DNA of 64,000 bases from Felis catus (GCF_018350175.1 NC_058368.1:31808001-31872000), one strand, 5' to 3'. Positions 38,354 to 50,790 are shown, counted from the first letter of the stretch. The notes: generated by a model not told the origin, from the sequence alone. Numbers and translations are program-made.

Positions 38354-39286
38354 GGGAGGTTTGCAAGATGGCGGCTTAGGAGGACGCTGGGCTCACCGCA
38401 CATCCTGCTGATCACTTAGATTCCACCTACACCTGCCTAAATAACCCAGAAAACCGCCAGAGGATTAGCAGAACGGAGTCGCCGGGGCCAAACGCAGATG
38501 AGAGGCCCAAGGAAGAGGGTAGGAAGGCCGGCAAGGCGGTGCGCGCTCCACGGACTGGCGGGAGGGAGCCGGGGCGGAGGGGCGGCTCACCGGCCAAGCA
38601 GAGCCCCCGAGTATGGCTTGCAAAAGCGGAGGGGCCGGAAGGACGGACTGTGTTCCAACAGCAAGCGCCACTTAGCGGCTGGGAGGTCATAAGTTAACAG
38701 CTCTGCTCAGAAAGCGGGAAGGCTGGAGGACAAAGGGAGGGAGAGCTGCTGAGCCCCCTGACTACAGAGCTCAGTTTGGTGGGGAACAAAGGCGCTCGCC
38801 AGCGCCATCTCCCCCGCCCATCCCCCAGCCAAAATCCCAAAGAGAACCAGTTCCTGCCAGGGAACTTGCTCGCTCCGCGCAAACACCGAACTCTGTGCTT
38901 CTGCGGAGCCAAACCTCCGGCAGCGGATCTGACTCCCTCCCGCTGCCACAGGGCTCCTCCTGAAGTGGATCACCTAAAGAGAAGCTAGCTAAGCCTGCCC
39001 CTCCTGCCCCTGTGCACCTTGCCTACCCACCCCAGCTAATACGCCAGATCCCCAGCATCACAAGCCTGGCAGTGTGCAAGTAGCCCAGACGGGCCACACC
39101 ACCCCACAGTGAATCCCGCCCCTAGGAGAGGGGAAGAGAAGGCACACACCAGTCTGACTGTGGCCCCAGCAGTGGGCTGGGGGCAGACATCAGGTCTGAC
39201 TGCGGCCCCACCCACCAACTCCAGTTATACACCACAGCACAGGGGAAGTGCCCTGCAGGTCCTCACCACACCAGGGACTATCCAAA
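38354..39286 (+). promoter_or_regulatory. L1 5'UTR internal Pol II promoter, CpG-rich, with YY1 site
   Basis: CAAGATGGCGGC (YY1 consensus) at 38364-38375; the only extended CpG-dense region in the window. Confidence 0.85.
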
Positions 39287-40213
39287 ATGACCAAGCGGAA
39301 GAATTCCCCTCAGAAGAATCTCCAGGAAATAACAACAGCTAATGAGCTGATCAAAAAGGATTTAAATAATATAACAGAAAGTGAATTTAGAATAATAGTC
39401 ATAAAATTAATCGCTGGGCGTGAAAACAGTATAGAGGACAGCAGAGAATCTCTTGCTACAGAGATCAAGGGACTAAGGAACAGTCACGAGGAGCTGAAAA
39501 ACACTTTAAACGAAATGCATAACAAAATGGAAACCACCACAGCTCGGCTTGAAGAGGCAGAGGAGAGAATAGGTGAACTAGAAGATAAAGTTATGGAAAA
39601 AGAGGAAGCTGAGAAAAAGAGAGATAAAAAAATCCAGGAGTATGAGGGGAAAATTAGAGAACTAAGTGATACACTAAAAAGAAATGATATACGCATAATT
39701 GGTATCCCAGAGGAGGAAGAGAGAGGGAAAGGTGCTGAAGGGGTACTTGAAGAAATAATAGCTGAGAACTTCCCTGAACTGGGGAAGGAAAAAGGCATTG
39801 AAATCCAAGAGGCACAGAGAACTCCCTTCAGACGTAACTTGAATCGATCTTCTGCACGACATATCATAGTGAAACTGGCAAAATACAAGGATAAAGAGAA
39901 AATTCTGAAAGCAGCAAGGGGTAAACGTGCCCTCACATATAAAGGGAGACCTATAAGACTCGTGACTGATCTCTCTTTTGACACTTGGCAGGCCAGAAAG
40001 AATTGGCACGAGATTTTCAGGGTGCTAGACAGAAAAAATATGCAGCCGAGAATCCTTTATCCAGCAAGTCTGTCATTTAGAATAGAAGGAGAGATAAAGG
40101 TCTTCCCAAACAAACAAAAACTGAAGGAATTTGTCACCACTAAACCAGCCCTACAAGAGATCCTAAGGGGGACCCTGGGAGACAAAGTCCCAGAGACATC
40201 ACTACAAGAATAA
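39287..40213 (+). CDS. L1 ORF1p (RNA-binding, coiled-coil), open 308-aa frame
   Basis: ATG at 39287 (MTKRKNSPQ); coiled-coil heptads; IRIIGIPE, RHIIVKL, EKILKAAR and YPASLSF motifs. Confidence 0.92.
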   Translation: MTKRKNSPQKNLQEITTANELIKKDLNNITESEFRIIVIKLIAGRENSIEDSRESLATEIKGLRNSHEELKNTLNEMHNKMETTTARLEEAEERIGELEDKVMEKEEAEKKRDKKIQEYEGKIRELSDTLKRNDIRIIGIPEEEERGKGAEGVLEEIIAENFPELGKEKGIEIQEAQRTPFRRNLNRSSARHIIVKLAKYKDKEKILKAARGKRALTYKGRPIRLVTDLSFDTWQARKNWHEIFRVLDRKNMQPRILYPASLSFRIEGEIKVFPNKQKLKEFVTTKPALQEILRGTLGDKVPETSLQE

Positions 40214-40230
40214 AACATACAGACATCACA

Positions 40231-42313
40231 ATGACTCTAAACCCGTATCTTTCTATAATAACACTGAATGTAAATGGATTAAACGCGCCAACCAAAAGAC
40301 ATAGGGTATCAGAATGGATAAAAAAACAAGACCCATCTATTTGCTGTCTACAAGAGACTCATTTTAGACCTGAGGACACCTTTAGATTGAGAGTGAGGGG
40401 ATGGTCATCATGTGACTGGAAGCCAAAAGAAAGCTTCAGTAGCCATACTTATATCAGACAAACTAGACTTTAAATTAAAGACTGTAACAAGAGATGAAGA
40501 AGGACATTATATAATAGTTACAGGGTCTATCCATCAGGAAGAGCTAACAATTATAAGTGTCTATGCGCCGAATACCGGAGCCCCCAAATATATAAAACAA
40601 TTACTCATAAACATAAGCAACCTTATTGATAAGAATGTGGTAATTGCAGGGGACTTTAACACCCCACTTACAGAAATGGATAGATCATCTAGACACACGG
40701 TCAATAAAGAAACAAGGGCCCTGAATGAGACATTGGATCAGATGGACTTGACATATATTTAGAACTCTACATCCCAAAGCAACAGAATATACTTTCTTCT
40801 CGAGTGCACATGGAACATTCTCCAAGATAGATCATATACTGGGTCACAAAACAGCCCTTCATAAGTTTACAAGAATTGAAATTATACCATGCATACTTTC
40901 AGACCACAATGCTATGAAGCTTGAAATCAACCACAGAAAAAAGTCTGGAAAACCTCCAAAAGCATGGAGGTTAAAGAACACCCTACTAACTAATGAGTGG
41001 GTCAACCAGGCAATTAGACAAGAAATTAAAAAATATATGGAAACAAACGAAAATGAAAATACAACAATCCAAACGCTTTGGGACGCAGCGAAGGCAGTCC
41101 TGAGAGGAAAATACATTGCAATCCAGGCCTATCTCAAGAAACAAGAAAAATCCCAAATACAAAATCTAACAGCACACCTAAAGGAACTAGAAGCAGAACA
41201 GCAAAGGCAGCCTAAACCCAGCAGAAGAGAAATAATAAAGATCAGAGCAGAAATAAACAATATAGAATCTAAAAAAACTGTAGAGCAGATCAACGAAACC
41301 AAAAGTTGGTTTTTTGAAAAAATAAACAAAATTGATAAACCTCTAGCCAGGCTTCTCAAAAAGAAAAGGGAGATGACCCAAATAGATAAAATCATGAATG
41401 AAAATGGAATGATTACAACCAATCCCTCAGAGATACAAACAATTATCAGGGAATACTGTGAAAAATTATATGCCAACAAATTGGACAACCTGGAAGAAAT
41501 GGACAAATTCCTGAACACCCACACTCTTCCCAAACTCAATCAGGAGGAAATAGAAAGCTTGAACAGACCCATAAGCAGCGAAGAAATTGAATCGGTTATC
41601 CAAAATCTCCCAACAAATAAGAGTCCAGGACCAGATGGCTTCCTAGGGGAGTTCTACCAGACGTTTAAAGCAGAGATAATACCTATCCTTCTCAAGCTAT
41701 TCCAAGAAATAGAAAGGGAAGGAAAGCTTCCAGACTCATTCTATGAAGCCAGTATTACTTTGATTCCTAAACCAGACAGAGACCCAGTAAAAAAAGAGAA
41801 CTACAGGCCAATATCCCTGATGAATATGGATGCAAAAATTCTCAATAAGATACTAGCAAATCGAATTCAACGGCCTATAAAAATAATTATTCACCATGAT
41901 CAAGTGGGATTCATTCCTGGGATGGAGGGCTGGTTCAACATTCGCAAATCAATCAACGTGATACATCACATTAACAAAAAAAAAGAGAAGAACCATATGA
42001 TCCTGTCAATCGATGCAGAAAAGGCCTTTGACAAAATCCAGCACCCTTTCTTAATAAAAACCCTTGAGAAAGTCGGGATAGAAGGAACATACTTAAAGAT
42101 CATAAGGGGCGCCTGGGTGGCACAGTCGGTTAAGCGTCCGACTTCAGCCAGGTCACGATCTCACGGTCCGTGGGTTCGAGCCCCGCGTCGGGCTCTGGGC
42201 TGATGGCTCAGAGCCTGGAGCCTGTTTCCGATTCTGTGTCTCCCTCTCTCTCTGCCCCTCACCTGTTCATGCTCTGTTTCTCTCTGTCCCAAAAATAAAT
42301 AAACGTTGAAAAA

Positions 42314-42347
<34 letters not shown>

Positions 42348-44289
42348 GATCATAAAAGCCATTTATGAAAAGCCCACAGCTAACATCATCCTCAACGGGG
42401 AGAAACTGAGAGCTTTTTCCCTGAGATCAGGAATACGACAAGGATGCCCACTCTCACCGCTGCTGTTTAACATAGTGCTGGAAGTTCTAGCATCAACAAT
42501 CAGACAACAAAAGGAAATCAAAGGCATCAAAATTGGCAAAGATGAAGTCAAGCTTTCACTTTTTGCAGATGACATGATATTATACGTGGAAAATCCGATA
42601 GACTCCACCAAAAGTCTGCTAGAACTGATACAGGAATTCAGCAAAGTTGCAGGATACAAAATCAATGTACAGAAATCAGTTGCATTCTTATACACTAACA
42701 ATGAAGCAACAGAAAGACAAATAAAGAAACTGATCCCATTCACAATTGCACCAAGAAGCATAAAATACCTAGGAATAAATCTAACCAAAGATGTAAAGGA
42801 TCTGTATGCTGAAAACTATAGAAAGCTTATGAAGGAAATTGAAGAAGATTTAAAGAAATGGAAAGACATTCCCTGCTCATGGATTGGAAAAATAAATATT
42901 GTCAAAATGTCAATACTACCCAAAACTATGTACACATTCAATGCAATCCCAATCAAAATTGCACCAGCATTCTTCTCGAAACTAGAACAAGCAATCCTAA
43001 AATTCATATGGAACCACAAAAGGCCCCGAATAGCCAAAGGAATTTTGAAGAAGAAGACCAAAGCAGGAGGCATCACAATCCCAGACTTTAGCCTCTACTA
43101 CAAAGCTGTCATCATCAAGACAGCATGGTATTGGCACAAAAACAGACACATGGACCAGTGGAATAGAATAGAAACCCCAGAACTAGACCCACAAACATAT
43201 GGCCAACTCATCTTTGACAAAGCAGGAAAGAATATCTAATGGAAAAAAGACAGCCTCTTTAACAAATGGTGCTGGGAGAACTGGACAGCAACATGTAGAA
43301 GGTTGAAACTAGACCACTTTCTCACATCATTCACAAAAATAAACTCAAAATGGATAAAGGACTTGAATGTGAGACAGGAAACCATCAAAACCTTAGAGGA
43401 GAGCAGGAAAAGACCTCTCTGACCTCAGCCGTAGCAATCTCTTACTCGACACATCCCCAAAGGCAAGGGAATTAAAAGCAAAAGTGAATTACTGGGACCT
43501 TATGAAGATAAAAAGCTTCTGCACAGCAAAGGAAACAACCAACAAAACTAAAAGGCAACCAACGGAATGGGAAAAGATATTCGCAAATGACATATCGGAC
43601 AAAGGGCTAGTATCCAAAATCTATAAAGAACTCACCAAACTCCACACCCGAAAAACAAATAACCCAGTGAAGAAATGGGCAGAAAACATGAATAGACACT
43701 TCTCTAAAGAAGACATCTGGATGGCCAACAGGCACATGAAAAGATGTTCAGCGTCGCTCCTTATCAGGGAAATACAAATCAAAACCACACTCAGGTATCA
43801 CCTCACGCCAGTCAGAGTGGCCAAAATGAACAAATCAGGAGACTATAGATGCTGGAGAGGATGTGGAGAAACGGGAACCCTCTTGCACTGTTGGTGGGAA
43901 TGCAAATTGGTGCAGCCGCTCTGGAAAGCAGTGTGGAGGTTCCTCAGAAAATTAAAAATAGACCTACCCTATGACCCAGCAATAGCACTGCTAGGAATTT
44001 ATCCAAGGGATACAGGAGTACTGAGGCATAGGGCCACTTGTACCCCAATGTTCATAGCAGCACTCTCAACAATAGCCAAATTATGGAAAGAGCCTAAATG
44101 TCCATCAACTGATGAATGGATAAAGAAATTGTGGTTTATATACACAATGGAATATACGTGGCAATGAGAAAAAATGAAATATGGCCTTTTGTAGCAACGT
44201 GGATGGAACTGGAGAGTGTGATGCTAAGTGAAATAAGCCATACAGAGAAAGACAGATACCACATGGTTTCACTCTTATGTGGATCCTGA
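40231..44289 (+). pseudogene. L1 ORF2p (endonuclease/RT/C-terminal domain), disrupted
   Basis: TLNVNGLN, CCLQETH, GDFNTPL, SDH (EN); [14 protein letters not shown] (RT); CWRGC..HCWWEC. Frameshifts near 40405, 40752, 43402 and 44155; SINE at 42106; in-frame TAA at 43237-43239. Confidence 0.95.
42106..42344 (+). mobile_element. Young feline SINE nested in the L1 ORF2 RT domain
   Basis: TSD AAAGATCATAA at 42095-42105 and 42345-42355; long A tail; CpGs intact. Confidence 0.97.
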
Positions 44290-44512
44290 GAAACTTAACA
44301 GGAACCCATGGGGGAGGGGAAGGAAAAAAAAAAAAAGAGGTTAGAGTGGGAGAGAGCCAAAGCATAAGAGACTGTTAAAAACTGAGAACAAACTGAGGGT
44401 TGATGGGGGGTGGGAGGGAGGAGAGGGTGGGTGATGGGTATTGAGGAGGGCACCTTTTGGGATGAGCACTGGGTGTTGTATGGAAACCAATTTGACAATA
44501 AATTTCATATAT

Positions 44513-44553
<41 letters not shown>

Positions 44554-45201
44554 ATATTCATCAGTGAAAAAAAAAATAATGTCCAGATGTTTTACTATGC
44601 TTTCTCCTGAAAAAGTCAAATATATCATTGCAGAATCACGCTATCACTCAATTCTTTGAATTGTATCATTCAAATGGTTTTGGCTGTAAAAATTGTCTGT
44701 AATGGTATATACCATGGCACAAATATGTAACTATTTCACTTGACCTTTCAAGCCATGCAATGACTTTTAAGCTTGCTCAATAAGAGATAAAATAAATCAC
44801 ACACAACAGAATATGCATACATACTCATGCTTGTATGAAAGTAATTTTAATAGCAATGCACAAGGAAAGATTTTACATTTTTTAATTTTAATCATCAATA
44901 TGCACAAAATTGAAATTAAATATAGAGCTAAAACATATCCAGGTGATTCAGGCTTTCTGCATTTTCACTTAAAATTCCATGATATATGATGCAAATATAT
45001 TTTCAAGCTCAATCCATTGTTGCACTGCAATGCATTTAAAATTTGTTTTAGCATGACATAAACCTATAGTCATAGAAGAGCATGATTGTTAATTTAAGGC
45101 ACACTGTCTTTGTTTCTTATTATGCTAGGAGTTTTTAGGGACTGGGCATTAATGCACACATATTTAGGTTTTACGTATGTATGTTTTACCTAAAATATTT
45201 G

Positions 45202-45234
45202 CACTTGATCTTAGCCAAAAGGCCGAGAAGTGAT
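45202..45234 (-). pseudogene. RNU2: Tailless U2 snRNA retrocopy (nt 1-33)
   Basis: Minus strand ATCACTTCTCGGCCTTTTGGCTAAGATCAAGTG matches the U2 5' end with one CpG-type change; TSD TTTACCTAAAATATTTG at 45185-45201 and 45235-45251. Confidence 0.95.
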
Positions 45235-45759
45235 TTTACCTAAAATATTTGGATTCAAAATTCTTACATGTGAATTTCTTCCACATTTCTTATTACTGAT
45301 ATTCTTTAACGAAAGTTTAGAGTGAATTTTTGTTTTATTTTCCAGGGTTTGCTAGCTACCAATTATCTTCAGGAATTTCAGTGATAGACACCAATATACT
45401 GATTTTCACAGATTTGAGACACTTTATTTTCTGTCAGACTCTAAAGGCAAACTGGGTTTCTGCCTATTCTTGCATAATTATATATTGTAGACATAAATAA
45501 CATAATATCCTAAGTGGCTTTGGAGATGCTTCAAAGTAGATGATCTTTTCTGTCCTCTTTACACTGAAATGAATGTGGACATGACTGCATGCTAATTACT
45601 TTTCTGGAAGGATAGAATATTTCAGGCATAGTGGTCCATCTGTGAATGAACATTTTTCTTTAACTTTTATGTGTATTTCCAGGGTTTAGAAGATATTCCC
45701 CAAATTAATAATTTATTATACATTTCCCAAATCCTAAAATGCTAGAGACTGTAGCTAAT

Positions 45760-46250
45760 GACTCATTCACTGAACATTTATTTGGTATTGACTCGATGCC
45801 AAGCACTGTTTTAAGTGCTTGGTGAAAGTGTAGGAGACTTTATTTTATGGGTGCTTTCTTTCTAGTGAGTAAAAATATCTCTCCAAAGTAAATATCACTC
45901 AAATAGAAGTGATATACAGATAAAATAAAATAGGGTAATGTAAGAAGAACAATGGAGGTGAAACTTATTTAGGCAGCACGGAGATGATCCCTATGAAGAG
46001 CAGTGTTTGAGCTGGGACTGGAGGGAGAAGAGTTAAAAATGGGAAAATCTCAGAGAGGTGTATTTTAGGCAGACATGTCAAGTTCAAGGTGCTCAAGATG
46101 CAATGAAAGACTGAAGAAAGGCCAGTGCTCCGGGTGTCTGGGGAAGAGTAGTGTTATGGGATGCTGTGGGAAAAGTATGAACAATGTGAGCAAGCTCTTC
46201 CTTGTGGAACACGGCATGGCTTTGAATTTTATGCAGATAGTCATGGAATC
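45760..46250 (-). mobile_element. L2 remnant
   Basis: CATTCACTGAACATTTATT...ATGCCAAGCACTGTTTTAAGTGCT is an L2 3'-end motif. Confidence 0.6.
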
Positions 46251-48889
46251 TCATAGAAAATAGCTTCGTCATTATGTGATCCAACTCTGTCGTGAAAGTT
46301 GCTACTCACCTAATCCAAACATTCAAACTATTCGATTCAGTGCCAAACCAACGTGGGAGTCTCTTGACATTCTATTACAAATGCTCAGTACAATCAAATA
46401 TTTGTTAAAATAAGCGTACTTCCATATCATACTCCCATCTGATATTGTTACTTTTAAAATAGTATGTTGTATTTACTTAGAAGTAAGTATTTTATTTATA
46501 GTGTCAGTCCATTTTCTTTTACCTTACTTTCCATCATCCTTTACTAAATTGTATAATTACGAAGGTAAAGCTAAAGTTGCTCCAATATTAAGTATCATGC
46601 TCTTACAGATGGTGTTCATATCTTAGCTTGGTGACCAATGGACCACAAAAAAAGACTCTGAGGTGAGTAGAAATTAATGACAGTCTTGAAATGTTCTTGT
46701 ACAGGCATCATCTCATTATTCTGAATTTGCTATGGGCTAATGATTTAGATCATTTAATTAAATTGTTTGTTTACTTGCTGTTTGGCTAGGTCATTGCTTA
46801 AAAGCATTTTTATCCATGTGGGGAAAGGAAAAAGAGAGGAAAAGACATATTAATCAAAGAACTTGATTAATATACCACCAATATATCCTGTACCTAAGAA
46901 CTTAGTTTTTGTGGAATTTATAAGACATTGTATACTGGGGCTGCCTTAAGTTGCTGAGCAAAAACTGCCTGCTGTCCTATGTATAAAAACAACCTGAACT
47001 TCCTGTGTAATTTTACATAATTTGCACTTAATTTGATTATTATATGTTTAGATTTGAAACTTTCAGCTTGACTTTTTGTTTTTCCTATTTGTTCCATCTC
47101 TTTTGTTTCTCTGTTACTATTCTTTTTCTGCCTTCTCTTTGATCGACTCTCTTTGATTGACTAATAATTTCTTTCTTTCTTTTTTTTTTTGGCTTACATG
47201 TAACTTTTGCTTTTTCCTTAATAGCTGCTTTAGGATTTGTAGTATAGATCTTTAACTCATCTCACTCTACCTTTAAGTGTTGTTATGCCACTTCACACAG
47301 TATCAGACACGTAAAACAGGTACACTTTGATTTATCTTCTCCCACTTGTTGTGGGTTTCTAGGAGACAGGTATGTAGAAAGAGGCTTCTGTACTATGATG
47401 AAAATTCTACTTGTAAAACATCACTAAAGTACAATCTGTGTGGACATTATTCCAGAAAAGCAAGTTTTCTTCCACAGTTCTTCTGACTATAATTTATTAT
47501 CTACCTGGAGCTACCATTAGGCAGATGTAGGGCTTTGTTTATGCTTTATTTCAGGTGTTCAATGCCTATAAAAATGTGTCTAATAAATCTCTGAACCACA
47601 AATCAACCACTTTACAAATCACTTTTGAGAGAAAATTTTCCTTTGAGCTACCCCAGAAAGTTAACTTTGTTACCCAATTAGTTTTGTGCATTATCATAGT
47701 TCTGGCGGGAAGAAAAACTAGTAGCTATAGTAAATTTATAAACAGGATAATTTCCTATTGATTGGTAATATTTTTACTGGCTTATTTATATTTATGGCCA
47801 TTACAATCACATATATACAAAAAGATTAATATAATTTTCTGGGAGATTAAATAACACTAAACATGATAATTAAACTAAATGGAAAAAAAAAGATATATCA
47901 GAATTTAATGATCTTTCTCTTGCAATGTTGAAAAGAGGTTACAGGTTCTTGTCTTCAGATTTGAGCCAGTCATATATTCCAGGAGGGAATCCAAGATTTG
48001 TTGATAGGAGAAAAGCAATTCCCCAGTTTGCATGGGGAATAAGCCTTGGGTACTTCAGTATAGGATGTTTACTTACATAAAATGTTTATCCTGTAATAGA
48101 TTGCTTGTCCTACCCTGACCCTGAAATTCAACTCTAAAGCAAATTTTGCTATGCAGGACTCTCACACAAAACTGCTTACACATCTGTCATTGTCCTCTAC
48201 AAGGCAAGCTTTAAGTCTGTACTGTATTTATTATGCAAATTCCTTTGAAATCTGTGGTGCAGGTGCCTCATGCCTTTCAAAATTAGTTTGCATATTAAAT
48301 GTAGCATAGAAAATGATGGCCCACAAACTTTAGCTGCTTTGGTTTTAATCAGAGACTGAGGAATAAAATGTATTGGATATTCAGGGTAATTCGCACACAA
48401 TGGAAACAATTAATGGGAAATACTCTAGCACACCCTTTGTTTCATACTATACAAGTTGAAGAGAGCAGCTGTTACCCAAACATGTTTTTGTAAATTGTTT
48501 CATTTTATTTGAAAAATATGGGAACAAGAAAAAACTGTGCAATCCTTGCTAGAAGCATATTTGTGTGACGGAGTTGTTTCTTTTTCTTCAAATTTACTCT
48601 TTAAAAAAAATGACAAAATTGCCTCAGGATGTCAAATATACTTTTCTTATGACTATATAATGAGAATGGACCAAGGTTTTATGAAAACGTTTATCTGAAA
48701 AATAAATCATTGGAGCATAATTTTTAAACAGAGTAGATTTAAATAAATAAGGTGTGTAAATCAGCAAATAAATTGATGCATAACATCAAGCATTACAGAA
48801 ATGGAATAATTATTCTAGTTCTTGTTTCTATAAAGAAACCCGAATTACATGACCATGAGTGTAAAAATTTACATTATAAAATATTTGCA

Positions 48890-49225
48890 GCTTGTGAGGA
48901 ACAGGAGGGATAAATAGGCAAAGCATGGAGGATTTTTAGGGCTTTGGAAATGCTCCATAAGACACCATAATGGTGGATATAAGTCATTATACATTTATCA
49001 AAACCCATAAAATGTACAACCCCAAGAGTAGACCCTAGTGTAAATTACGAATTTTAGTGATTATAATGTCCATGTAAGTGCATCAATTGTAACAATTGGT
49101 GGTGGCCATTGATAATGGGGGAGTCTATGTATGTGGGGAGGTAGGGATTTTATAGGAAATTTCTGTACCTTCCTCTCAATTTTGCCATGAGCTGGAAACT
49201 GCTCTAAAATATTTAATCTTAAAAA
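48890..49225 (+). mobile_element. Old L1 (L1MC/MD-like) 3' end
   Basis: GTCATTATACATTTATCAAAACCCATA...CTGTACCTTCCTCTCAATTTTGC...CTCTAAAA. Confidence 0.7.
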
Positions 49226-49271
49226 ATTACTTCCTGGTAATATTTAAATACTACTTAAAAAGTAACTCACA

Positions 49272-50004
49272 ACTCCTAGTTTCAGCCTCAACATGTAAAG
49301 AGCTTGGAAGTCATCACTCCATTCTTTCAAGTGCAAGAAGTTAAGTAAACTAAAAATCAGTTATTTTTCTTGGATCAACAGGAAAACTGACCCTTCAGAT
49401 AAAATTGTTACTCTAAAATTTGGAGAGATGGGCGAATTCAGAGCTTTGAGTAGCTGCAGCAGTAGCTACAGGAGCCATTAACCCAATCTGTAAGAACACA
49501 TAAAGGATGCCACTGACAGATTGCTGGAAGATGATTGTGGCATAAGAGAGAGAAATGGGGATGGGGGTGCACATTTAGGGGAGTTCCCCATTTTGAAGGT
49601 TTTAACCTCCAGGAACCGCACCAAGTTCTACAGTGAAAATCAGAGAAAGATTCCCTTATGGCTCTGACAAGAGAATGGAAAAAGTAATTACTGTGAAATA
49701 TTATTAGGTCTTTATTTTTTTATTTTATTTTATTTTATTTTTTTGTTTTCAAAACAAAACCTACTCTCCTGGGAAAAAGACTTTACCAGGTCCTTATCAA
49801 AATTGAGGGAAAGGCATTTCTTTGTCTCAGCCCTGTTAGACTTCATGTCTCACTTCAGGGGATTAGGGAGGGAGAGGAACTGAAAGAAAAAGAAAAAGAA
49901 AGAAAGAAGGAAAGAAAGAAAGAAAAAAGAAAGAAGGAAAGAAAGAAAGAGAGAAAGGAAGGAAGGAAGGAAGGAAGGAAGGAAGGAAGGAAGGAAGGAA
50001 GAAA

Positions 50005-50084
<80 letters not shown>

Positions 50085-50790
50085 TTGTGCAAGTCATAGT
50101 TGAGAGACATAGGTCCACTAAAAGACTAATATCAAATCACAAAATTACATGATGCTTCGCTTGCCCATTACCTTACCACCACACCAATAGAGTTCCAGTA
50201 TAATTACAATGGAATATGACCAAAAGAGCTGCATGAAACAGGTGCCATCAGAGTAGAAGTTCTTAAGAAAATGCAAAAACATCAGTGGAGGTAAAAGCAA
50301 GAGTCCCTCTTGAATTTGATGCTTCTGGCTCCTATACCTATATAGCAAGCATTATTCACAGCAGAACTCCTAGTCAGAATAACCTAAATCCTCACACTAC
50401 AGGCCCATGTTCCTCATTTTCCATTGTCCAGTGCATCATATCTGACTCTCAACAAAACAAAAAAGTTGCAAGGCATGCTAAAAGGCAAGACTAAGAAACA
50501 GAGTAAAGAGACTAGGCAAACATCATAACCAGAATCAAATATGACCCAGATTTTGGACTTAGCAAGCAGAGAATTTAAAATAATTATGATTAAAATGTTA
50601 AGGGCTCTAATGGAAAAAGTGGACAATATGCAAGAACAAATATTAAGGTAGAAAAAGAATTTGACAAAATCTAGCACCCATTTACGATAAAAAGCTCTCA
50701 ACAAACGAGGAATGAAGAGGAACTTCTTAAACTTGATAAAGAACATCTAGAAAAACTTACATCTAATATCACACTGATTGTTAAGTGCAA
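49272..50790 (+). mobile_element. Old L1 5'UTR/ORF1 start joined to an ORF2 RT fragment
   Basis: ORF1-like GAATTTAAAATAATTATGATTAAAATG; from about 50650 ORF2-like TTTGACAAAATC..CACCCATT. Confidence 0.6.
49882..50083. repeat. Compound (GAAA)n/(GGAA)n tetranucleotide microsatellite
   Basis: About 200 nt of purines, read directly. Confidence 0.97.

Larger units (their letters stand above)
38354..44576 (+). mobile_element. Full-length feline LINE-1 (L1_Fc-like), ORF2 inactivated
   Basis: 17-bp TSD TAATGTCCAGATGTTTT at 38337-38353 and 44577-44593; TTTT/AA endonuclease site; GC-rich 5'UTR, ORF1, ORF2, G-rich 3'UTR, (TAAA)n/poly-A tail. Confidence 0.98.

Noticed and set aside
39484..43076. Long antisense ORFs (166, 136 and 141 aa) opposite L1 ORF1/ORF2
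   Set aside because: Shadow frames expected from L1 codon composition
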